From Gemmatimonadales bacterium (GTDB lineage Bacteria > Gemmatimonadota > Gemmatimonadetes > Gemmatimonadales > GWC2-71-9): a stretch of DNA of 32,000 bases. Of the stretch, positions 6,499-14,408 are shown in pieces. The position numbers and the translations under genes were made by a program. The first letter of the stretch is position 1. Each line of letters opens with the position of its first letter. The notes under the pieces were generated by a model. It saw only the letters and a list, made by a program, of their open reading frames with translations. It was not told the DNA's origin and searched no databases. The stretch covers positions 25,698 through 57,697 of the forward strand of contig DASSUS010000017.1 in the NCBI GenBank assembly GCA_035706765.1, written 5' to 3'.

Positions 6499-8775
6499 TC
6501 ACTCCTTGGCGCTGCGAAGCGTCAGCGGCGGTTCCTTGGTGCGGCGGACAGTGTGCCCCAGTGTTTCGATCCCGCGGCGGAGCGTCGCGCCGATCAACGG
6601 CAACGGGTCGTCCCATGCGAAGCCGCTCTTGGCTTCGCACTGAATGACCCACGGGACCCATTGGGCAAAGGACATGCCTGACGCGCGCGCGGCGGAGAGG
6701 TCTTTCCACGGCTTGCACCAGCGGTAGCCGGCGCGCGCGGGCACCATCATGGGGCGTGGCGCCCCGATCAAATCGCCATAAACGAGTGCGGGGAGGTTCA
6801 CGCCTGCGACGGCGCCGAGGTGATGCCAAAGGTTGAAACGCGGATTCACCTCGAGCAGCCGCAGCCGTCCGTCGAGGTCGCGCTTGAAATCGAACTTCGC
6901 CACGCCGCGGAATTGCAGCCGTTTCACCAACGCCCGGCCAAGCGCCAACACGTCCTGCGCATCACTGGTCTCGAGGGCGGTGCTGTCGCCGTAAGCGGGC
7001 GGCAGGGTGCGAATTTTCTTTCCCGCGAACTCGCCGGCGATCGCGCCGCGCTCGTCCACGTAGGCGTGATAGCTCTCGATGCTCGTCTCGGCGCCGGGAA
7101 TCAGCTCCTGCGCGAGCAGCGCGAGATTCGCGGCCATGATGCGCGGCCATAGCTCACGCAGCTCGCGCATGGACTGCACCGAGATCGCCTTGCCCGCGCT
7201 CGCGATCGGTTCCCAGCGCGCCGGAATCCGCACCAGCGGTTTCAGAATCAACGGGAACGGGATCGGGAAATCGTCGCCCGGCTCCGGGTCGCCCGGGTTG
7301 ATCACCCGCGCGGCGGGCACCGGCAAATCGAGTTTGGCGGCGAGCGCCTGAAACCGGGATTTGTCCACGAGCTGCTCGACCAGCTCGGCGTCGGGCACGA
7401 CGAACCGGAACGCCTCGCGCAGCCGTTCCCGATGCCGCGACACCATCAGCAGCGTCCGGTCTTCCTGATAGAACAGGCACGGCGGCTCGGGCTGCGCCTG
7501 ACCGAAGCGGACCAGCGACTCGACCAGCGGCTCCTGGCTGTCCCACGCGTTATGCCACGGGAATACGGCGCGGGTGTGGCGCGAGTAGCGCACCGGCGCG
7601 CCCGGAGGCGCGAGCACCGTGGAGGGAATGCGCGCGCACCCGAGCGCGCGCACGAGGTCGATGTCGCCGAGCACCACGGCCGGGGGGCGGGTGGGGTGCG
7701 CGGGACGTCCCGCCCGCCCGATGAACCCGGTGGCCTGACGCGTGACGAGCGAGGCTCGGCCGCGCAGCGACTGCTGCCACCCGTAGACCCGTTTCGCGAC
7801 CCTGCGCGCCTTCATGAGCCACGGCCGGCGCCCGCGCAGCCAGCGCACTTTCCGCCGATCCGGCTCGGCGCCGAACTTGATCTTGAACTCGCCGCCGCCC
7901 ATGAAGTCGAACGTGGTGCAGCCGAGCTCGATCGCCCGCTGCATCACCGTCCAGGTCATGAGCTCGGTGGGGCGATACCAGCGGTAATGCTGGCGGTGCG
8001 CCCACATCCACAGCAGCAGCTCGGTCCCTTCGACGTAGAAGATCCCCGTGGCGATGTTCACGCGCCCGCCCGGGAGATAGACCGAGATCGCGATGAGGTT
8101 TCCGCTCTGCTTCAGCTTCCGGAAAAACTCGAGCACGCGCTGCTTCCCGAACGGGACCGCGAATCCGCCGCGCCGATAGACTTCCTTCAGCTGGGCGTAG
8201 TGCTCGTCGACGAAGCTCTCATCGTCCTCGAACTTCGTGATGAGCCCGAGCCGCTGCGCGCGCTTCACGTTGCGGCGCGCGCTCATCTTCAGCTGCTTGA
8301 AGGTGCGGGCCTCGTCGTTGGGGTAGAGCGGCGCGCGGAAGGTGAAGACCGGCTCGTCCTCGAAGCCGGCGGCGCGCATCCCCTCCGGATCGAGCCCGAG
8401 GTGCAGCATCTCGATGTGATCGACGTCGTGCTCGCGCTCGAGGTACGACACGACCGACGACGCGAACGCGCCGGTGTCGAACCGGGCGGGATCGTAGGCG
8501 GGACCGAGACTCACGGTCTGCCACCCGGCGAGCGGCGAGCCGAACAGCTTCCAGCGGCCGACGGTGACGAGCAGGCCGGGGAAGCACCCTACGATTCCGG
8601 TCTCGTCCTCGAGCAGCCGATAGAGCGGCTTGCCGCAATTGCAGCTCGCGAGGGTATCGATCCACGCACGCGTGTGCGGCAGGCGGTAGTTGGGAAAGCG
8701 CCGCACGATCGCGTCCCAATTCGCGAGCTCCGTCGCGCTCGCTTCGCGCACGCGCATCGTTGCTGAAGGAGTCAT
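6499..8775 (-). CDS. Fusion protein: N-terminal FemAB-like/GNAT-fold acyl(aminoacyl)transferase domain plus C-terminal ATP-grasp carboxylate-amine ligase domain
   Basis: 758-aa ORF. ATG 8775 has GAGGAC 5 nt upstream and a 1-nt overlap (TGATG) with the upstream stop. Residues ~1-340 show FemAB/CelD-like features (WMWAHRQHYRWYRPTELMTWTVMQRAIELGCTTFDFMGGGEFKIKFGAEP). A basic linker follows. Residues ~370-758 look like a COG3919-style ATP-grasp (DKSRFQALAAKLDLPVP, PLILKP, LAQELIPG, VAKFDFKRDLDGRLRLLEVNPRF). Confidence 0.8.
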   Translation of the reverse strand: MTPSATMRVREASATELANWDAIVRRFPNYRLPHTRAWIDTLASCNCGKPLYRLLEDETGIVGCFPGLLVTVGRWKLFGSPLAGWQTVSLGPAYDPARFDTGAFASSVVSYLEREHDVDHIEMLHLGLDPEGMRAAGFEDEPVFTFRAPLYPNDEARTFKQLKMSARRNVKRAQRLGLITKFEDDESFVDEHYAQLKEVYRRGGFAVPFGKQRVLEFFRKLKQSGNLIAISVYLPGGRVNIATGIFYVEGTELLLWMWAHRQHYRWYRPTELMTWTVMQRAIELGCTTFDFMGGGEFKIKFGAEPDRRKVRWLRGRRPWLMKARRVAKRVYGWQQSLRGRASLVTRQATGFIGRAGRPAHPTRPPAVVLGDIDLVRALGCARIPSTVLAPPGAPVRYSRHTRAVFPWHNAWDSQEPLVESLVRFGQAQPEPPCLFYQEDRTLLMVSRHRERLREAFRFVVPDAELVEQLVDKSRFQALAAKLDLPVPAARVINPGDPEPGDDFPIPFPLILKPLVRIPARWEPIASAGKAISVQSMRELRELWPRIMAANLALLAQELIPGAETSIESYHAYVDERGAIAGEFAGKKIRTLPPAYGDSTALETSDAQDVLALGRALVKRLQFRGVAKFDFKRDLDGRLRLLEVNPRFNLWHHLGAVAGVNLPALVYGDLIGAPRPMMVPARAGYRWCKPWKDLSAARASGMSFAQWVPWVIQCEAKSGFAWDDPLPLIGATLRRGIETLGHTVRRTKEPPLTLRSAKE

Positions 8776-9443
8776 CAGCAGTCCTCAGCGAGCAACCGGC
8801 GTGCCGCGGGCATCTCGGGAGGTTGCTTGAACTTTCGGCGGCCGAGCGCCACGGCGCCGATCGCCAGCGCGGTGCGCGCGATGATCGCGAAGTCCCGGCG
8901 CAGCGACGCGCGCCGGATGTAGACCCGATCGAGCGCGAGCTTCGTCTTGAGCAGCTTGTCGACGTAATGCGTCTCGGGATCGTCGGGGTGCAGCAGCGTC
9001 TCGGCCGATGTGAACTGGTACAGGCTCCCCGGGCTCGCGAGCCCGGGTCGCACGCCGAGCGTTTCGAGATCGGGGGACGAGTAATGCTCGCGCACGATCG
9101 CCGGGTCTTCGGGCCGGGGTCCCACGATCGCCATGTCGCCCCTGAGGACGTTGAAGAGCTGCGGCAGCTCGTCGATCTTCGTCTTGCGCAGGATCCTGCC
9201 GATCGTCGAGATCCGATCGTCCCGATGGCCCGTGATGCGCGGACCTCCGGAGCCTCCATCGACCTTCATCGTCCGCAGTTTCCACATCGTGAATTCGCGC
9301 CCGAGATAGCCGACGCGCCGCGCCCGGTAGAACACTGGACCGGGATCGGTCAGCTTGATGCCGAGTGCGGCGAGGCCGATGATGGGCGCGGTGAGGACGA
9401 GTGCCGCCCCCGCGCAGACGATGTCAAACAGGCGTTTCACCAT
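8775..9443 (-). CDS. Small monotopic phosphoglycosyltransferase (bacterial sugar transferase family, PglC/WbaP-C-terminal type); primes on undecaprenyl phosphate
   Basis: 222 aa. It starts MVKRLFDIVCAGAALVLTAPIIGLAAL (re-entrant helix) and carries PVFYRARRVG, WKLRTM and DELPQLFNVLRGDMAIVGPRP. Confidence 0.9.
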   Translation of the reverse strand: MVKRLFDIVCAGAALVLTAPIIGLAALGIKLTDPGPVFYRARRVGYLGREFTMWKLRTMKVDGGSGGPRITGHRDDRISTIGRILRKTKIDELPQLFNVLRGDMAIVGPRPEDPAIVREHYSSPDLETLGVRPGLASPGSLYQFTSAETLLHPDDPETHYVDKLLKTKLALDRVYIRRASLRRDFAIIARTALAIGAVALGRRKFKQPPEMPAARRLLAEDC

Positions 9444-10101
9444 GATGGAGAGTTCGGCGGACGGTCATGAAGACTTCCGCGGCCTCGAGGCACTGCTGGT
9501 TGCCCCAGGCCAGGGCCCGGTGGCGCAGCGCGTCGAGCGAGCGCGGATGGGGATAGGGACGGAGCTCGCTGGTGTAGCACGCCATCGCCGCGAGCTTGAT
9601 CTCGAGCGTGGCCGAGATGTCGACCCAGGTATCGGCGGTGAAGGTGCGGGGGTACGCCCACTCGGTGCTGCTCGCGGTGTCGAACGCGTACACGGCGCGG
9701 ACCCAGCAGGCGGTCGGCCGGGTCGCGACGAGCGCGGCCTGGAACAGCAAATGGTGATCGCGGTTGATGTCGCCGCCCCACTGGCAGTAGACGACGTGGG
9801 GTTGGACTTCCTTCACGATCGTATCCAGCGGATTGATGATCTCGGTGAGCGGCATCGTGTCGAGCCGCTGATCGGGAAAGCCGAGCGGGCGCACGTCGCG
9901 CACGCCGAGGGTTGCCGCGGCCTTGCGGATGTGCTCGGGTTGGCCGACGCCCTGCTGGCCATAGCGCAGCGACTCGCCCTCGCACACGATGATCGACGTC
10001 ACCTCGTCGCCGGCCCTGGTGTGCAGCGCGACCGTGCCGCCACACCCGAGCAATTCGTCGTCGGGATGCGCGGCAATGACGAGCACTCTGCGCTTACTCA
10101 T
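9424..10101 (-). CDS. PIG-L/LmbE family de-N-acetylase
   Basis: MSKRRVLVIAAHPDDELLGCGGT plus DINRDHH. ATG 10101 has GGAAGGGG 6 nt upstream and overlaps the upstream stop by 8 nt; the track start 10122 is less likely. Confidence 0.85.
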   Translation of the reverse strand: MSKRRVLVIAAHPDDELLGCGGTVALHTRAGDEVTSIIVCEGESLRYGQQGVGQPEHIRKAAATLGVRDVRPLGFPDQRLDTMPLTEIINPLDTIVKEVQPHVVYCQWGGDINRDHHLLFQAALVATRPTACWVRAVYAFDTASSTEWAYPRTFTADTWVDISATLEIKLAAMACYTSELRPYPHPRSLDALRHRALAWGNQQCLEAAEVFMTVRRTLHHGETPV

Positions 10102-11059
10102 GGCATTCCCCTTCCTGCCCATTCCAGCGCTTGCCGGTCCACGGCTGCTCGCTGAGCGCCTGGCCGCGCAGCCGCGTACCGGCTTCGTCTTCCACTTCGA
10201 GCAGCACGACGGCGCCGCTGCCGCACGCCACGAGCTGACCGCAGGCCGACTGCGCCGGACTCACCACCGGTCCCAGCACTTCGCCGGGCTCGCCCACCGG
10301 GCCGCGGTCGGGGGGCAGCGCCGCTTCCCAGATCCACCACTGTTTGCCGTCGAGGGAGCTGAAGGCGCCGGGGTAGGGACGCGTGAGCGCGCGGACGAAG
10401 TCGTAGACCATCCGGGCGGGGCAGGTCCAGGTGATGCGTCCGTCGGCGGGGCGGCGCCGGCGCAGCACCGGCTCGTCGCTGCGTTGCTGCGGGCGGCCGG
10501 GACGCTCGCCCGCGAGCAGCTTCGGCAGCAGCTCGAGCAGCATCTCGCGGTTCGTGGCGGCCACCTGCGCGTACAACGTGGCGCAGGTGTCGTAGGGCCC
10601 GACGGGGAACGAGCGCTGCGCGATGATGTCGCCTTCGTCCACGCCTTCGGCGAGCCACATCAGCGTGTTGCCGCTCTCGCGCTCGCCGCGGATGATGGTC
10701 CAGTTGATCGGCGCGGAGCCGCGATTGTGCGGGAGCAGCGACGCGTGCGCGCCGATCAAGCCCAGCCGCGCCAGCTTCATGACCGGCGGCCGCGCGATCT
10801 GATGCCAGCCGATCACGAAGATCACGTCGGGCGCGAGGTCCGCGAGGATCTGCATCGCCTCGGGCTCGTTGATCCCCGCGATGTAGTGCAGCGGAATCCC
10901 GTACTGGCTGCACACCGGCGCGTAGTCCACGCCGCCGGAGCGCTTGGCGGCGAGCTCGGGCTTCAGCGTCAGCACGGCCGCGATCGGCGCACCGGCGGCA
11001 AGCAACGCCTGCAACGCCGCCAGTCCCTCGGCATGAAACCCGACCCACGCGAATTTCAC
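10094..11059 (-). CDS. Formyltransferase of the FMT/ArnA-N-terminal type; by context a sugar N-formyltransferase
   Basis: GTG 11059 forms GTGA with the upstream stop. It has HASLLPHNRGSAPINW (the HxSLLPxxRG motif), a catalytic-Asp region MWLAEGVDEGDII, and an FMT-like C-terminal domain. It sits next to the DegT aminotransferase. Confidence 0.8.
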   Translation of the reverse strand: MKFAWVGFHAEGLAALQALLAAGAPIAAVLTLKPELAAKRSGGVDYAPVCSQYGIPLHYIAGINEPEAMQILADLAPDVIFVIGWHQIARPPVMKLARLGLIGAHASLLPHNRGSAPINWTIIRGERESGNTLMWLAEGVDEGDIIAQRSFPVGPYDTCATLYAQVAATNREMLLELLPKLLAGERPGRPQQRSDEPVLRRRRPADGRITWTCPARMVYDFVRALTRPYPGAFSSLDGKQWWIWEAALPPDRGPVGEPGEVLGPVVSPAQSACGQLVACGSGAVVLLEVEDEAGTRLRGQALSEQPWTGKRWNGQEGECHE

Positions 11060-12240
11060 CGGCGGTAGGTCTGGACCACGTCCAGCACCGCCTCGATGAC
11101 GTCACCGACATCCTGATCGGTGAGTCCGGGGTGCAACGGAAGACTCAGCATCCGCTCGAAGTTCGTGAACGCCACCGGGTAGTCGCTCGCGATGTACCCG
11201 TATTTCTTCCGGTAAAAGGGGTGGACGTGAATCGGGATGAAATGCACCGACGTCCCGATGTTGCGCTTCGTGAGCTCGTCGATGAACTGATCGCGGCCGA
11301 TGCGCAGCAGCTGGGGACGGATGCGCAGGACGAAGAGGTGCCACGCGTGCTCGACGTACGGGCGCTGCACCGGGGGCTCGAGCGCTTCTTCGGCGCCGAA
11401 CGCCTCCAGGTACGCCTTTACGATCTGCAGGCGCCGCTGATGGAACCGCTCCTGCTTGCGCAGCTGCCACAGTCCGATCGCGGACGCTACGTCGGTGAGG
11501 TTGTACTTGAAGCCCGGGGCCACCACTTCGTAGCGCCAGCTGCCGCCCTGGTCGTAGCGCTTCCAGGCGTCCCGGCTCATCCCGTGCAGCGCCATGATGC
11601 GGGCGCGCTCCAGGAATTCCGGCGGGGCCGTGAGCATTCCGCCTTCTGCCGTCGTGAGGTTCTTGGTGGCGTAGAAGCTGAAGGCCACCGGATTCGGGCT
11701 GGACCCGATCGGCCGGCCGCGGAAGCTCGCGGGCAGCGCGTGCGCCGCGTCTTCGATCAGCGTGAGATTGTGCGCCCGCGCGAGCTCGTCGAGCGCGTCC
11801 CGCTCCACCGGATGGCCGGTGTAATGGACCGGGAGCAAGGCCCGCGTGCGCGGCGTAATCGCCGCTTCGACCTTTTTCGGATCGATGTTCAAGGTGTCCG
11901 GCTCGACGTCGACCAGTACCGGGCGCGCGCCGACGTGCTCGATCACATTCGCCGTCGCCGTGAACGTCATCGGCGTCGTAATGACCTCATCGCCGTGCTC
12001 GAGGTCGAGGCACGCCAGCGCGACGTGCATCGCCGCCGTACACGAGTTCAGCGCCAGCGCTCCTGGAGCGCGCACGAAGGCCGTGAACTCCTCTTCGAAG
12101 CGGCGCGTCTTGGGACCCGTCGTGATCCAGGGTGAGCGAAGCGTGTCCACTACTTCGCGGATCTCTTCCTCTTCCACGAGCGGGGGATTGAACGGCAGGA
12201 AGTCGCGGCGCGTGCTGACGCGCGAGATCGTGTCGGTCAT
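11056..12240 (-). CDS. DegT/DnrJ/EryC1/StrS-family PLP-dependent sugar aminotransferase (PglE/ArnB/WbpE-like)
   Basis: 394 aa with SPWITTGPKTRRFEEEF and the PLP-lysine region FSFYATKNLTTAEGG. ATG 12240 forms ATGA with the upstream stop. Confidence 0.9.
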   Translation of the reverse strand: MTDTISRVSTRRDFLPFNPPLVEEEEIREVVDTLRSPWITTGPKTRRFEEEFTAFVRAPGALALNSCTAAMHVALACLDLEHGDEVITTPMTFTATANVIEHVGARPVLVDVEPDTLNIDPKKVEAAITPRTRALLPVHYTGHPVERDALDELARAHNLTLIEDAAHALPASFRGRPIGSSPNPVAFSFYATKNLTTAEGGMLTAPPEFLERARIMALHGMSRDAWKRYDQGGSWRYEVVAPGFKYNLTDVASAIGLWQLRKQERFHQRRLQIVKAYLEAFGAEEALEPPVQRPYVEHAWHLFVLRIRPQLLRIGRDQFIDELTKRNIGTSVHFIPIHVHPFYRKKYGYIASDYPVAFTNFERMLSLPLHPGLTDQDVGDVIEAVLDVVQTYRR

Positions 12241-14408
12241 TGTACGGTGCCTCCGCCCGCGACGGCCCCATCGGGCGGGATCGTGGGCGTGTTGGGAGCG
12301 AGCAGGGGATCGGGCGCGAGCGTCGGGGCCGGAGTCGGCGCCGGAGGGGTCAGGTCGTTCATCAGCCCGGCGCGCGAGCGGCTGAGCCGCCGGCGCGAGG
12401 CCCCGTTGCCGTTGGTGTGGCGAGCGCGGTGGTTCACCCCGTTGCCGTTCTTGCGCGCGCCATTGCCGGAGTGTGCCACCAGCTCGAGCCGCTCCGGCTG
12501 GTATTCGGTGACGATGGCGGAGAGTGCACGCACCATCGAGCGCTCATCGCCCTGGCCGGTGACGGAGATCAGCGAGCGCAGCTGCCGCGCCAGGGTGGCG
12601 CCGCCCGCTCCATTGCCCGCGACGACGCGGATCTTCTCGATCGACGTCTGCGCGAGCGTTTCGTTCGGCGCGACGAGCTCCTCTTCCAGCTTTTCGCCCG
12701 GCCTGAGGCCGGTGAACACGATCTGGACGTCGTGGTAGGGCACGAGCCCCGACAGGCGGATCAGCTGCTCGGCGAGCTCCAGGATGCGCACCTGCGTTCC
12801 CATCTCGAGTACCGCGATCCGGCCCGCCGCTTCCGGCAGCGCGGCCGCCTCGAGCACGAGCTGCGCGGCCTCCGGAATCGTCATCAGGAAGCGCTTCATC
12901 TCGGGATGCGTGACGGTGACCGGGCCGCCGGCCGCGATCTGTTTCTTGAACAGCGGAACGACGCTGCCGTCCGAGCCGAGCACGTTCCCGAACCGCACCA
13001 CGCGGAAATCGGTGTTCGAGGCGCGCAGCGACGGCAGCTCGCGGACGATGTGCTCCGCGACGCGCTTCGTCGCGCCGAGAATGCTCGACGGATTGACGGC
13101 CTTGTCGGTGGAGATCAGGACGAACTTCCGCGTACCGACGCGCGCCGCCGACTGCGCCAGCCGCAGCGTGCCGACGACGTTGTTCCAGACGCCCTCGATC
13201 ATGTTCCACTCGAGCATCGGCACGTGCTTGTAGGCGGCGGCGTGAAACACGCAGTCGGGCCGATAGGTCTCGAACATCCGGTCGAGCCGGGCGGCGTTCG
13301 TGACGCTCGCGAGGACCGGGACGACGTCGATCGCCGGATGCGCCTCGGAGATCTCGTGACAAATGAAGAACAGCGGGCTCTCCGCGCGGTCGAGCAGCAG
13401 CAGGCGCCGCGGGTGGAACCGCGCGATCTGCCGCACGAGCTCGGAGCCGATCGATCCGCCGGCGCCGGTCACGAGGATCACCTTGCCCGCGAGCTCGGGC
13501 GCGACGTCCTTGAGCTCGAGCTGCACGGGGTCGCGCCCCAGCAGGTCCTCGACCTGGACGTCGCGCACGTGATTGATCTGCGGCTCGTCCGGGGAGAGCA
13601 GGTCGACCTGGGGCGGCAGGATCTTGACCGCGACGCCGGTCTCGGCCGCGCGGGCCACGAGCTTGCGCACCTGTTCGGGGGTGGCCGACGGTGTGGCGAT
13701 CACGATCTGCTGCGCCTGGTGCATGGCGACGAAGCGCCGCAGCTCTTCCGAGCCGCCCAGCACGGAGACGCCGTGCAGCGTGCGGCCATGCTTCGCGACA
13801 TCGTCGTCGACGATGCCGACGACGTTCAGCGGGTGCCGCGGATCATGCTGGAGCTGGCGCAGCAGGCGCTCGCCGGCGACGCCGGCGCCGATGATGATCG
13901 CGGGGCGCCCGCGGCGCCGCTGCCGGCGCGCGAACGGCTCTTCGCGGATCCAGCGCAGCAAGCCGCGTTGATCGCGGCTCGGTCGGCGGAACGGCTCTTC
14001 CTTGATCCAGCGCGCCAGAAACCGAATCCCACCCGCCAGCATGATGAGAATGAACCAGTCCAGGATCGGGACGCCGGCCGGCATCGTGCCGACGCGGCCG
14101 AGGAACAGCAGCAGGCCGATGAACGCGAGCGAGCTGAGCGTCGTCGCGGCGATGAGCTGCCGCAGGTCGCGGACGCCGACGAGGTGCCAGTAACCGCGGA
14201 ACAGCCCGAAGCGATGGAACAGCGCGAGCCGCAGCACGAGGAGATAGGGAAGCGTTTCGGCGTAGGTGCGCAGCTGCTCGGGAGGGATCTGAAAATCGAA
14301 GCGCAACGCATACGCGGCGAAATAGGCGAACGAGACGAGCGCGAGATGTCCGGCAACCGAGACATAGCGCCGATAGGGACGCAGACGTGACAAGGCTTCC
14401 ATCAGCAT
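12237..14408 (-). CDS. Membrane-anchored CapD/PglF/WbpM-type nucleotide-sugar 4,6-dehydratase with an unusual ~78-aa low-complexity C-terminal tail
   Basis: The start is placed at ATG 14408 (MLMEALSRLRPYRRY...). The 19 upstream codons of the track ORF have poor GC3. There are four N-terminal hydrophobic helices and two Rossmann segments (IIIGAGVAGERL; VLVTGAGGSIGSEL). AAAYKHVPMLE and STDKAVNPSSILGATKRVAE are present. Confidence 0.88.
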   Translation of the reverse strand: MLMEALSRLRPYRRYVSVAGHLALVSFAYFAAYALRFDFQIPPEQLRTYAETLPYLLVLRLALFHRFGLFRGYWHLVGVRDLRQLIAATTLSSLAFIGLLLFLGRVGTMPAGVPILDWFILIMLAGGIRFLARWIKEEPFRRPSRDQRGLLRWIREEPFARRQRRRGRPAIIIGAGVAGERLLRQLQHDPRHPLNVVGIVDDDVAKHGRTLHGVSVLGGSEELRRFVAMHQAQQIVIATPSATPEQVRKLVARAAETGVAVKILPPQVDLLSPDEPQINHVRDVQVEDLLGRDPVQLELKDVAPELAGKVILVTGAGGSIGSELVRQIARFHPRRLLLLDRAESPLFFICHEISEAHPAIDVVPVLASVTNAARLDRMFETYRPDCVFHAAAYKHVPMLEWNMIEGVWNNVVGTLRLAQSAARVGTRKFVLISTDKAVNPSSILGATKRVAEHIVRELPSLRASNTDFRVVRFGNVLGSDGSVVPLFKKQIAAGGPVTVTHPEMKRFLMTIPEAAQLVLEAAALPEAAGRIAVLEMGTQVRILELAEQLIRLSGLVPYHDVQIVFTGLRPGEKLEEELVAPNETLAQTSIEKIRVVAGNGAGGATLARQLRSLISVTGQGDERSMVRALSAIVTEYQPERLELVAHSGNGARKNGNGVNHRARHTNGNGASRRRLSRSRAGLMNDLTPPAPTPAPTLAPDPLLAPNTPTIPPDGAVAGGGTVQ
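13933..14014 (-). repeat. In-frame 57-nt-period direct repeat inside the dehydratase gene
   Basis: gaacggctcttcgcggatccagcgc (13933-13957) and gaacggctcttccttgatccagcgc (13990-14014) match at 22 of 25 positions. They encode RWIREEPF and RWIKEEPF in the linker after the TM region. Confidence 0.8.

Noticed and set aside
7432-8766. 444-aa plus-strand ORF, plus the overlapping minus ORF 8219..9259
   Set aside because: One is antisense and the other out of frame relative to the FemAB::ATP-grasp and sugar-transferase genes. No motifs; Arg/Ala-rich.
10098-11111. 337-aa minus-strand ORF in an alternative frame to the formyltransferase
   Set aside because: Same strand but out of frame. Arg-rich. The formyltransferase frame carries the HxSLLPxxRG motif.
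12240-14390. 716-aa plus-strand ORF
   Set aside because: Antisense to the CapD/PglF dehydratase. The composition is Arg/Asp/Ala-rich and low in complexity, with no motifs.
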